Counted from the first letter of the stretch, positions 1-11,167 are shown. The stretch: 64,000 nucleotides of DNA from Octopus vulgaris (GCA_951406725.2 OX597826.1:77438001-77502000), one strand, 5' to 3'. Program-made: numbers and translations. The notes: generated by a model not told the origin, from the letters alone.

Positions 1-1
1 A

Positions 2-443
2 GTATCTAAAGGCACCAATATATTCTAAAATTGAATGTGAGTTAATGTAAATCTTTATATATAAAAGTCAAGTTGTCTGTCTCCTACGATTTGGAGCATG
101 AAAGAGTTCGATGCAGCTGCCCTCATCTGCACCTCCTGCCGTAAAGTTGGTTCATCTGGGACACCTGACAAGAAGAGATCCAGTTTTATTTTAAAGACAT
201 CTGCATCCACCCCATGCAGGTCTCTTAGGTTCTTCGGGAGGATATTGAAAAGCTGTGGGCCTCGGAAGCCCAGGCTATCACAGTATCTCGTCCTACATCT
301 TGATGGCAAATTTGGAGTCCTTGGCCCTGTGCAGTGGCGCCCAGTTCAGGCATTTGTGTAACTCTCGATGCCAAAGTTATCTTTTATCTTTGGACTGATT
401 GTATTTAAAGGCACCAATATATTCTAAAATTGAATGTGAGTTA
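2..443 (+). repeat. 43-bp direct repeat (2-44 and 401-443) flanking a LINE fragment
   Basis: GTATCTAAAGGCACCAATATATTCTAAAATTGAATGTGAGTTA vs the same sequence with one mismatch (GTATTTAAAG...). Confidence 0.9.
55..378 (-). mobile_element. CR1/L2-group LINE ORF2 C-terminal fragment (decayed)
   Basis: NFGIESYTNA...SLGFRGPQLFNILPKNLRDL...FKIKLDLFLSGVPDEP; same family as the RT-bearing copy at 26541-28050. Confidence 0.85.
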
Positions 444-519
444 CTGCTAGTATACCTATAAATGTATTCCTGTTACACGGCATTTCATTTTTCTTCCAAC
501 AACGGTAAAGTTAATCCCG

Positions 520-642
520 GTTTCAAAATCTGGCACCAAATCAGCAATTTCGAGGGAAGGAGGAACTCAGGATGTAAAGACGGACGAAATGCCGCTAAGC
601 ATTTTGTCCGGCGTGCTAACGATTCTGCCAGCCCTCCGCCAT
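520..642 (-). mobile_element. Internally deleted Nin/Deu-domain tRNA-SINE fragment
   Basis: Matches the 5' head (GGCGG..GCTGGCAGAATCGTTAGCACGCCGG) of the full copy at 10937-11167. Confidence 0.75.
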
Positions 643-756
643 AACAGTAAAACTAACATCGGCCAATGAATACAGTCAACCGGGCCTCTGGTGCCGATCT
701 CTAATAATATTATCGCTATTATTATTATCATAAATATCTGAAGAGGCATTATTCTC

Positions 757-1284
757 TCTTTTTTACTTGTTTCGGTCATGCGACTGTACCCATGCTGGAG
801 CACCGCCTTTAGTCGAGCAAATTGACCTCAGGACTTAGTCTTTGTAAGCCTAGTACTTATTCTATCGGTCTATTTTGCCGAACCGCTAAGTTACGGGGAC
901 GTAAACACACCAGCATCGGTTGTCAAGCGATATTGGGGGGGGGGCAAACACAGACACACAAACATACAAACATACCCATATACATATATAAATGTATATA
1001 TACTTTATAATTAGGGTTCATCAAAGATTTGCTTCACCACATACCGAAGTAGGTGGTTTGTTTTCAAGAGCTTTGGTTTTTCTGGGAACCCCCTTTAAAG
1101 TAGAAGGAATAGCTAAGATTTTTTGACTGCTATTTCTAAACTTCGGTATGTGGTGAAGCAAATCGTTGCTGAACCCTAATCATAAAGTATTACTTAAGCT
1201 TACCATGAAATGGTCCTTTTCATGCCGAATTCTACTTGGTGAAATTACTGATTACTTCTTAAATAATTAATTTCACCCTTTGTT

Positions 1285-1358
<74 letters not shown>

Positions 1359-1520
1359 CGACGGTGCTTCTTTCAGTTTCCGTTTACCAAATCCACTCAC
1401 AAGGCTTTGGTCGGCCCGAGACTATAGTAGAAGACACTTGCCCAAGGTGCCACGCAGTGGGACTGAACCCGGAACCATGTGGTTGGTAAGCAGGCTACTT
1501 ACACAGCCACTCTTACGCCT
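757..1520 (-). mobile_element. tRNA-derived SINE with CORE-like segment and internal (TA)n linker, interrupted by a nested insertion
   Basis: Reverse strand: A-box TGGCTGTGT.., B-box GGTTCAGTCCC, CORE-like GGCACCTTGGGCAAGTGTCTT, 3' tail GGCGGTGCTCCAGCATGG...GAAACAAGTAAAA; many other copies in the window. Confidence 0.9.
1000..1288. mobile_element. Fold-back insertion in (TA)n (Penelope-like terminus, inferred)
   Basis: ~51-bp inverted arms 1000-1050 and 1140-1190 (TTAGGGTTCATCAAAGATTTGCTTCACCACATACCGAAGT / ACTTCGGTATGTGGTGAAGCAAATCGTTGCTGAACCCTAA), then an unpaired ~100-nt tail; (TA)n on both sides. Confidence 0.65.
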
Positions 1521-2130
1521 ATTATATAGATGATTAAATTAATTTATATAATTGATTGATACCTATATTATCGATATAAGAAAATATGTGAACTACTATT
1601 GATTCTAGCTAGATTTGAACTCGGGATAGATAATGTAAAGTCTTTTCGATTCTAAGTTGGGCAGGGAATATTGGGTATTGTAGTGTCATTTTCATAACTT
1701 TCTAAATGAGAACTTGGAAACGCTACAAAGAGAAATCGAACCTACGTCACACGGTCGAGACTTCGAGGGTTTAACACAAAGTTACGACGCTCGTGCTGGT
1801 TTATATGAATAATGTATATTATGCGTAGAAGTAAATATGTATTTTATGTGCGTATAGATGTATGCACGTATATAAATGCAGTTGTATGGATGCGTGTAGC
1901 TGGGTATGTAAATAGATATGTGCGTAAGTGTATACATTTATTATGCAAGCAATTATTTTTCATTCCATATATATACATATATGCGTATATATATATACAT
2001 ACATATTCATATATAAATATTATTGTATCACTTTTGTTCTTTCTTCTTTATTTATTTTATACCTGTTCGCAAATGAAAAGATAAACTCGAAACGTTCTCA
2101 CAAATTCTCGGCTTGCTTCACAGCACCGTG

Positions 2131-2316
2131 TTGGCACGTGTGGTCCACAATGAGCGCCAAAGATCCACGAAGAAAATATCTAAGCCTAATCGAACTTATC
2201 CTACCAGCAGCGCAAGGCCAAAGAATTCAAACCCTCATTACAGCTCGGGCACGTGTCCTGTCACGTGACTCTTCAGCCTGTACAACACCGATGACTTCCC
2301 AAATAGATGGCGCACT
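2131..2316. promoter_or_regulatory. Candidate cis-regulatory island (E-box cluster plus CTCF-like motif)
   Basis: CACGTG at 2135, 2250 and 2262 (GTCACGTGAC); CCAAATAGATGGCGCA at 2299-2314; CpG-retaining unique sequence. Confidence 0.35.
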
Positions 2317-3088
2317 GTACACTGTATTGTTGAACATATATACTGATCGATACGGAAATATCGCACGCACACACGTTTTATATGTGCATGTGTGTGTGTA
2401 GGGGGTGTATACATATGTACACATACTTATATATACATACGTACATATGTATACACATGTACGTATATGCATGCATACATGCAAAACAACATATAGACAT
2501 ACAGACATGCACACGCACTTACGCAAATGCAGTGTTTAGTTCCGGCCCATTACGTTCTGAGTTCAAATCCTGTTCGTATCAGTTTTTCCTTTCATCTCTC
2601 CGAAGTTTATAAAAATAAATATCGGTTATTGTTTAACTTTAAGTCAGCGCTGAATGAATATATCTGTGATAAAGGACGTTCCAGCCGTGACAATTCGATA
2701 AGTTAAGAATCCTGTTATCCAATGTTTAAGATAGTAGAAGATTTGAGATAGATTCGGCTTCTGTTTTTTTTTTTTTTTTTTTATCAGGTACAGCAACCAC
2801 GAAGACCCTTATTGTCAGGTTCAGCAAACACATCGGTGCCCTTGCTTACCTGTGTTAATTCCTAAAAAGAAATACAGTCATTTACATGAATTCACTATAT
2901 TTTGGAGAAATTGCTGTCGAATAAGCTGACAACTTTCGGTTGATCCGGGAAACGGATTCTCGCAGATTTTTTGTATCCAGGCAATTCAAAAAACGATTCA
3001 AGCTGAGCTACCGAAAATGAACAACAATAGGGGAGGGGTAAAACTTAATAATAATAATAATAATAGTAATGATAATAATAATAATAAT

Positions 3089-3573
3089 ACATTGTTTTGT
3101 CTTAGTATAAAAGATGGGCTACAGCAAATATTCTGCTCAATACCACAGATTTGTTTGTCAGTTGTTTGACCGTAACCAGTTGAGCATGTCCCTTAGTGGC
3201 TGACGATATGTGCATCTCTGATCACGAGCAGAAGTAGTGGGGGAGCATCATAGCCATGTGTTGAGGGGGATTCTTTGAAGTTTGAATAATTCACCTCTGG
3301 AAACATAGGTCGTTCGTTCAACATCCTTGAACAACTCTTATTCAGGGACCTTTTGAGCGGGATGGGTTACTCAAGCAGAAGAAAATTCTAGCTGGGCCCC
3401 ACCTGCAAGGTCATACGCTGTTTATCTTGATATGAGATCACCATGTCGCGCACATATGGTTGTGATGCATGTGCCTAGTGTACCCTTATCAGACGGGTCG
3501 TCATGACGGGTATACTAGGCTTCGTATATTTTACCTCAGTGTCACTTTGATGGCATGCACTGCTCACTCACTC
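3089..3573 (+). mobile_element. ~490-bp interspersed repeat embedded in (TAA)n, probably the 3' UTR of a TAA-targeting R4/Dong-type element
   Basis: Complex non-coding block flanked on both sides by (AAT)n and directly followed by an R4/Dong RT relic; family assignment is inference. Confidence 0.45.
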
Positions 3574-3593
3574 AATCATAATAATAATAATAA

Positions 3594-4575
3594 TAATGTG
3601 TAAACTAATGTCAGGTGCTTTGGCTGATGGTCTGTACAGATACTTGGAAAAAAGTGGGCTGCTACCCATTGAACAGAAAGGGTGCCGAAAAAGGAGCCGG
3701 GGAATGAAGTATCAGCTCTTAATTGGTAATCTAATTATCAGGAACTGCAAGAGAAGACATACAAACGTGAGCATGGAATGGGTTGACTATCGCAAAACAT
3801 ACGATATGAAACCACACTCCTGGATAATAAGAACAATGCGGCGAATAAAGAAAGATATTGGCTTCTTCAAAGCTGAATGCCAGAAACATAATTTTGGCAA
3901 TAAACTCACGCGCAGTCGCAGTAGTTCGGTATGGCTCTGGATTCCTGAAGTGGACAGAAGAGGAGCTAAAGGAGATAGACAGGAAGTCAAGAAATCTCCT
4001 AACGATGCATGGAGCCCATCATCCACGCGCAGACACTGATCGCCTATACATGAAGAGAGCAAATGGAGGAAGGGGACTGATAAGTGTGAAAGACTGCATG
4101 CGTATTGAACTCGAGAGCTTAATGAGATGATATCAAGCCCAAAGTAAGGAAACCGTGCAAGTGCCATTGAGGAACGAGGGAGTATTGAGAGCAGAGGAAA
4201 AAGGGAATACAAAGGAAGAATTACAAAAAGGACATCAAGAAGAATAACGCAACAGGGGACTACAGAAGTTGCTGAAAAAATAGATGGGATTGGCTGATGA
4301 AAGGAACCTTAAAAAAAGAGACCGAGAGCAGTATACTGGCAGTGCAAGCTTTGGCCACGAACTGAAGGGTCCGCCTTAAGAATGAGCAAATGGTTCTGCT
4401 GCGTTGCATCTACAATGGGGTGGATGAAACCATTGCCCATACCACGAATGAATGCTCTACACTTGCTCAAAATAATTACATGTTGTGGTGACGTAATCAG
4501 GTAGCGAAAGTGTTACATTGGAAATTACGAAAAGTGGGGGCTAGGGAGAGGTAAGACGTGGTATGAGCACAAACC
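3594..4575 (+). mobile_element. R4/Dong-clade non-LTR retrotransposon relic (RT plus zinc-finger region, internally deleted)
   Basis: LPIEQKGCRKRSRG..QLLI..IIRNCKRRHTNVSMEWVDYRKTYD..PHSWI; AINSRAVAVVRY..HHPRADTDRLYMKRANGGRGL; DETIAHTTNECSTLAQ..VAKVLHWKL; starts right after (AAT)n. Confidence 0.9.
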
Positions 4576-4885
4576 GTAGTAATTTCGGAGAAGGGTTTAG
4601 TCGATTACATCGATCCCAGTGTTCAACTGGTACTTATTTATATCAACTCTGAAATGATGAAAAGCAAAGGCGACCCCGACGGAATTTGAACTCATCGTAT
4701 AAAGCTAGAAGAAGAAGAAGGAGAAGAAGAAAAGAAGAAGAGTCAGGTGTCTACAGACCAGGAAAAAGACGTGTTGCGCCTGACTTACAATGTCCGTCCA
4801 AGCTTATAACAACGCTACTGCAATTCCATCTCTTATTTACATTATTTACATTTGACGGATATTTGTCCTCATCTTATTTGTTGTT

Positions 4886-4931
4886 AACACAACGTTTCGG
4901 CTGATATACCCTCCAGCCTTCATCAGGTGTC
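4886..4931 (-). ncRNA. Minimal type-I hammerhead ribozyme motif
   Basis: GACAC-CTGATGA-A-GGCTG-GAGGGTATAT-CAGCC-GAAA-CGT-T-GTGTT on the reverse strand. Confidence 0.8.
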
Positions 4932-5003
4932 TTGGGGAAATTTCGAACCTGGGTTCTCATTCCTAAGGTATTTTTCGATGCCATTATTATTATTATTATT
5001 ATT

Positions 5004-5352
5004 CAGTAGTTTTATTTTTATTTTTATAGCGTGCTTTCACTTCACTACCGAGCGCAGCTCTGTGTGCCTTGGGTATGTGCTGTGATTTGTTGTGATGCTC
5101 TGATGGTTATTGTATGGAAAGTGTTCTGCGTAGGATATGTGCAGTGCCTAGTAGTGCAATTTTCTGTATGTTATATGTGTTTGTAAGTCCTGGTGTTTTT
5201 GTTATGTATTTGTCTGAATATTTTTTTATCATGCCTAATGCACCTACTATGATAGGAATTGTTTCTGTTTTCAGATTCCACATTCTAGTTACCTCTATTT
5301 CCAGGTCTTTGTATTTTGAGAGTTTCTCCATTTCTTTTTTTTTCTCCATTTC

Positions 5353-5358
<6 letters not shown>
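5004..5358 (-). mobile_element. 5'-truncated R4/Dong element (restriction-like endonuclease C-terminus plus 3' UTR)
   Basis: EKLSKYKDLEIEVTRMWNLKTETIPIIVGALG...IQKIALLGTAHILRRTLS; (AAT)n on both sides; 18-bp tandem duplication at its 5' junction (5323-5358). Confidence 0.9.
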
Positions 5359-5415
<57 letters not shown>

Positions 5416-5492
5416 CTCATTGCCCGGAATCGAACTCGGAATCTTGGGGCTAGTAGCTCGCACTCTTAACCATTACACCATATGCCCACGAC

Positions 5493-5562
5493 CATAAGGT
5501 GTAGTGGTTAAGAGCGCGGGCTACTAACCCCAAGATTCCGAGTTCGATTCCAGGTAGTGTTC

Positions 5563-5615
<53 letters not shown>

Positions 5616-5813
5616 CAACAACAACAACAACAAAATCGAAAAATACCTTAGGAATGAGAACCCAGGTTCGAAACTTTTCCAAGACACCTGATGAAGGCTG
5701 GAGAGTATATCAGCCGAAACGTTGTGTTAACAACAAACAAGATGACAAATATCCGTCAAATGTAAATAATGTAAATAATGTACATAATTCCTCATCTCTT
5801 AAATATAGAACTG
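5493..5813 (+). mobile_element. tRNA-headed hammerhead-bearing SINE with complete 3' end
   Basis: A-box-like GGTGTAGTGG, anticodon-like arm GGG-CTACTAA-CCC, B-box GAGTTCGATTCC, (AAT)n(AAC)n linker, hammerhead, 3' end ..AAATATAGAACTG; TSD AATTCC(A/G)TCTCT at 4822-4833 and 5814-5825 encloses the pair. Confidence 0.9.
5683..5728 (+). ncRNA. Minimal type-I hammerhead ribozyme motif
   Basis: Stem I GACAC/GTGTT, core CTGATGA 5688-5694, stem II GGCTG/CAGCC, GAAA 5716-5719, palindromic stem III ACGT, predicted cleavage after GTT (5723). Confidence 0.8.
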
Positions 5814-5934
5814 AATTCCGTCTCTGGTTTAAGGACTCAAGGAAGGAATACCGGAAGAAAGGAAAGGAGGAAGGAAGGATGCGTGAGTGTGCACATATAT
5901 ATGTATATTTGCATGTGTGCATATATAACAAAGT

Positions 5935-6269
5935 AAAATCCCCCTTTGGTCACGAATGAGCATGGAATTGCACCTAGAAAGTTCCTTTCCGGGGCACAAA
6001 TCCGAGCAAGGTTGTTTATGGAAGATCAGCATTCGCCCATGCATACCAGGATCCTCTTTTCACGCTACCGAGGTTATCAAAAGGAAAGGCAAAGAGGCCT
6101 ATAACAGCTTGGCACCAGTGATGCGGCAACTCACTTCTGCAGCTGCATGAATTGGAGCAACGCGAAATAAAGTGTCTTGCTCAAGAGCACAACACACAAC
6201 CCGGTCCGGGAATCGAGCGCGCAAACTTCACGACTGTAATCCCGACGCTCTTATCACTGAGTCACACGC

Positions 6270-6270
<1 letters not shown>
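5935..6270 (-). mobile_element. tRNA-derived SINE with Meta-like central domain
   Basis: Reverse strand TCGATTCCCGGACCGG..TTGTGCTCTTGAGCAAGACACTTTATTTCGCGTTGCTCCA; homologous to 20075-20397. Confidence 0.8.
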
Positions 6271-6311
<41 letters not shown>

Positions 6312-6909
6312 TGTGTATGTATATATTTGTGTGGCCGGGTATAGATATGTGTGTGCGGATGTGTATACATACATATATATACACACATGCATGTGTACAC
6401 ACATATACATCATTACTAGGGCCACACTAACCTCCTAATTATTCCCATCACCACCACCACCACCACCATCATTATGACTGCTTGCGCCACCATTAATTCA
6501 ACCATAAACATTGCCCCTATCACATCATCACTAGCTTCCATACCACCCGGTGCCCCTCCTTCAGTGCAATCTCTATCACCACTAACCCCATACCCTTACG
6601 CTCCATCAACCCTCACCCAACCCTCGTCACAACTACCACCATGATGTCATCCCCACCCCACCATCAATACCACCCTCGCTATTTTTTCCAACACCACCAC
6701 TCCTGTCGGAAAGGTAAATCCCCTTCAGATGTGTCACGTGCTGTAATCATTCACCTGTGACAGAAGCCAACCAACCAAAGGCCAACAGAAGCAGCATTAT
6801 TGGTCTTTGACTGCAGGTGGGGCTCTTGTTTAACAGGGTGCCCACCCGGATTTTTACAAAACAACTACACTAATTAAATATTTTGTGATGAGTGTTGAGT
6901 GTGCGTAGA

Positions 6910-7080
6910 ATATGAGTTTGTGTGTGTGTGTGTGTATATTTGTGCGTGTATGTTTGTGCGCGAATATGCGTGCGTGCGCGGGCATATGTATACCGGGTTT
7001 TGTCGGATATATTTGTCACTGTGGGTCTATGTATATGTTTATGTGTGGGTTTATATGTTTATATATATATAAGTATAAAC

Positions 7081-7149
<69 letters not shown>

Positions 7150-7400
7150 ATATATATATATATATATATCAATACATATACACAAATATATATATATATG
7201 CATATATATATAAGTATGCATGTATGTATATATATATATATATATTTATGCATATGTATTGATATATATGTATATACATACACGTATACATACATACATG
7301 CATGCATACAAACATACATAAATACGTACGTACGTGCATAGAACCATCCAAACACATATGTGTGTGTATATTTGTATACATTTAAGCATGTATATGCAGT
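6910..7400. repeat. Mixed (TG)n/(TA)n/(TACA)n microsatellite field
   Basis: Directly visible. Confidence 0.9.
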
Positions 7401-7699
7401 ACTTATAGAATGGTGTGGTGCAAGAAGTTGAGTAAATGTGTGTGTGTCTGTGTTTGTATGTCTAAATATACGTACGGTTCGTTTCGTGATCTCATAAGCC
7501 CAAGTTCATTTCCACTGCACGGCACAACAGGCAAGGGTGACTCAGTCCCACATGGCTCAGAACATGGCTCTTCCTCAGATCTAAGGCGCTATCTAAATGT
7601 GGGGCCACATTCTATACCCACAAACCTTTGAGTAAGGATTAAGCTTGATTGTAACTAAATACGAATACAAAATCTCAGTTCGTGATGGTCATTCATTGT

Positions 7700-8474
7700 G
7701 ATCATGTTATTACTGCAAGAACTTCCTCTATTTTGACGATCTCTTGTGCACAGCTTCTGGAATGCCTCTCATCAACCTCCAGCACTAATCTGCCATGATG
7801 TTTGAGTCTCATCGGCCTTGGTAGTTACCGTTCTGCCATTACTTTTACATCTTGATGAAAGCGTTCACCTTGTTCCTTGCTAACTTCACTCAGGAGGTTT
7901 TCTGGAAAACTCACCCAAGTGACCCTGTAAATAGAGCAAGTTAATGCTCATTCTATATCCAAATGCTTACAAATTCAAGACCAGCTCCCCCGAAATCTCT
8001 TGATAGTTGTCACCATTTTTGTTTCCAAGGAAATTTCGCACAACATCAGAGAAGGCATTCCAGGCTCTAGCCTCCGACGCACTCCGAGGATCTCCGAGGA
8101 GTGTTCTTATTTGACGTCCATCAAATATTCCTGCTTTCTCTCATTACTAGACCTGGAAAGGTTGTACATATATACCAAAAGCTTTGATGACTTGCTTCAT
8201 CATACAAAGTTTCAACACAGGTTTTGCAAACTGTGTGGGAAGCCTAGGTTTTGTCCTGGTCTCCAGGTATTACTTTAAAATAAACAAGACACACCTTCTT
8301 GACTAAGTGGTGTAAAGTTAACTTTTGGTATGCACCAGGTAAATAAAGGTATATACCAATGGCACAAAAATGTGACATGATAGAGCAAATGTGAGGACAT
8401 TTGGAATCAGCAGCCAAAAATTAGTTTAAAAGATTTTATGCCAGAAAATAAAAGTCTTATTTTGTTGACCAGTG
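7700..8474 (-). mobile_element. Chapaev3 (CMC superfamily) DNA transposon relic
   Basis: Reverse strand 7770-8050 reads VVRNFLGNK..NYQE..GYRMSINLLYLQGHL..FPENL..EVSKEQGERFHQDVKVM..YQGR*DSNIMAD*CW with frameshifts; terminus CACTGGTCAACAAAATAAG at 8474 flanked by TAA (TWA-type TSD). Confidence 0.8.
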
Positions 8475-9589
8475 TAATAGATGGTGACAGCAAAAGCGAA
8501 AAACTTCTTAGGCAAAACGAGTAATAAACAAATTGATATCTGTCCAGAAATACTGTTTAATGTGTCCTAATATCAGACGACACGGTTTGATTTGAGGGAG
8601 ATTAAGCTGCTGTTTCTAATAACTCAAAAGACTACGAAAAAAGTTTCATTATTGATTCGAGAGAAAGAAGGTTAACATGCGTAACAAAATTCACAAGAAG
8701 CAACGGGCAGCAATTCTGAAGTAAACTCTGTGGACGTTTAATATTTTATAATACTGACTCCTATGAACAGGTTATAAGAACTTCAGTAGTCGAAGGTTAC
8801 TGGAAGATTTTTTTTCGGTGACTTCAGACAAAGAAGAGCAAGGCTTCTTACCATTTCCAGTCCCTGCGCATCAATAATGAGAGGAAAGGCGGAAAGTGTT
8901 CTCAAACTGATGACTTCACTCGAATTCTTACAAGAAGTGACATCTCCGCTAAAGGCACTCAAAGACGATGAAGTGTCATTAGACAGAGTTGTGGATCAAG
9001 TCTAAAGAACAGCTTCCATATATTTTACGTTTGACAAAGTTTGGTCGACTTCAGGCTACAATAGGCGTTGCTGGCCTCACGTACCGCACAATGGTCTCAG
9101 GGCTGAAGCTAAAACGTCCATTCCTGTACTCTGAGAGTTGAGCACAGGCAGTGGGGAGAAGAAGAAAAGAGAGAGAGAGTTCAAGACAAAAACCGCCCAA
9201 GAAATGTTTGCATTGTGTTTACAGAATGAGGAGAGAATCGCCGTAGTAGATGGCGCTGGTATCCACTTTACCGCACGTGACGGCGATGACCCTAAATATT
9301 AATCTCTAAAATCAGTGCAAGGTTCTTTGGAGAATGGGTTCAGTCAATTATATCGATACGAGTATTTGACTGGTACTTTATCTTATTAACCTTAGAAGGA
9401 TAAAGGGAAAAGGCGACTCCAGTGCAGGATTTGAACTCCATATGTAAAGATCTGTGACGAAACATACCCAAACAATTTTTCCAATTGATCGCCTTTATAA
9501 GTGACAGCATTAAGAAATGCTGGTAAATAAGATTATAAAGAGTTACTTGAGATTTTGGGAGGGAACAAGGGATCCAAAAACATTGTGTG

Positions 9590-9970
9590 CTACAAATTAA
9601 GGAGTGTTTTAATTTGTTTACCTAAGCAGCTGTTTAACGGGAAGTGGCTGCATGATTAACATCCGTGATAGAAATCTAAGAACCATTTTAGGGATGTCGG
9701 TAAAAAGAAAAGAACCTTAAGGCTCTTTGTGTGGGTGATAACGGGACGGGAGAAGATGATGGGAAATCGATCAGTTTGGAAAGAAATGATCTACAATGGC
9801 TGTAAAGCATTTGAAAGATGGGGGACCGAGCGCTCCAACTTGAAACGAACACTTCGTAAACAGGAGTTCACTTCAATCTCTAACACTATTCTGTCTGAAA
9901 AATGTTTGTGGCATCTACCGTAGGGTCTGTTTGTCTGAAGCCGGACTTGGAATTCATATGAGATCTAATA
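9590..9970 (+). mobile_element. RTE-clade LINE ORF C-terminal relic
   Basis: ..FRDV..LKALCV..EKMMGNRSVWKEMIYNGCKAFE..LKRTLRK..RVCLSEAGLGIHMRS (terminal C2H2-like finger, decayed). Confidence 0.7.
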
Positions 9971-10360
9971 ACAACATTTCCTAATTGAAGAAATGGCTCT
10001 CATTTGTAAAGTGACAACCACCATGCGCGCGCATGTGTGTATACATACATGCATACATACATGTTTGTATACATATACACATTATTCCTGACTGTTCACT
10101 CGGTTTTAACTGATAAGTGTGTCCCTGGCATGGGTGCCTATGGTTACGAATATTTGGCGATATGTCAAGACGAAGTGAGACGGTAGGGCGCGGCTGTCTG
10201 GACGCTTAGAAAGCTGAGAAAACATGTCTTGGTTAAGATATGTTTTGGCGCTGAGGGGCAAACTCACACACATGCGTGCACGCTCGTTGAGAAAATATAC
10301 ACGAGTGGGAGATATATTACACATACATACAAAAATAACTTATTGCTCAAACAGAGGGAA

Positions 10361-10393
<33 letters not shown>

Positions 10394-10936
10394 TGTAGAG
10401 GCAGAGAGAGATGGGGGAAAACGAGAGAAGCATTAAAACGTCTGATGTCAAATAAGTCAGCATCGAATCAGCGATGCAAAATAGGTGAAAGCAAAACGGC
10501 TCTGAGAAATGTTCCGTTCCAACATCAAGAGATCAAGACTCCACCTTGTAGATGCTGATGGGATTTCAATGATGGACACAGCTGCTTTTGTGATAGGCGA
10601 TTAGCAACTACTCTCGCATATAATAAAAAAAAAATATGTACCGTGTTAACCGAGGAACTTATGGAAGGGTTGATGTTTCATTGTCGCAGACTTATGTGAC
10701 AACCGATCGCCTCAAAGAACTATCTGAAGTTGCACTAAACGACTCGATTTTTGGACTTTAAAAACGCTTCGATAAGTGACAACACTTGAAACTTTTTGTG
10801 AGACATATCTACGGGATTCGAATATCTTTCAGTAAACATTTGAAAAAAGCTGAACGTCAAGAAAATTGGCCAGAAACTACAATCACAGAAGTGCAAGGAT
10901 AACGTTCTTTCGTGTGTGTATATACATGCATATGAA

Positions 10937-11167
10937 GGCGGCGAGCTGGCAGAAACGTTAGCACGCCGGGCAAAATGCGTAGCCGTATTTCGTCTGTCGT
11001 TCCGTTCTGAGTTCAAATTCCACCGAGGTCAATTTTGCCTTTCATCCTTTCGGGGTCGATAAATTAAGTACCAGTTACGCACTGGGGGCGATGTAATCGA
11101 CTTAATCCCTTTGTCTGTCCTTGTTTGTTCTCTCTGTGTTTAGCCCCTTGTGGGCAATAAAGAAATA
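10937..11167 (+). mobile_element. Full-length tRNA-derived SINE with Nin/Deu-like domain
   Basis: GGCGGCGAGCTGGCAGAA.., B-box GAGTTCAAATTCC, TTTGCCTTTCATCCTTTCGGGGTCGATAAATTAAGTACCAG, 3' end GTGGGCAATAAAGAAATA. Confidence 0.9.

Larger units (their letters stand above)
4834..5487 (-). mobile_element. tRNA-headed hammerhead-bearing SINE, inverted copy lacking the 3' tail, interrupted by an R4/Dong fragment
   Basis: Reverse complement of 5493-5780; head at 5413-5487, (AAT)n linker, body at 4834-4982. Confidence 0.9.

Noticed and set aside
5493-5560. Possible tRNA gene (also 20075-20140 and 48405-48475)
   Set aside because: A and B boxes are present but the acceptor stem is poor and the sequence continues into multi-copy SINE bodies.
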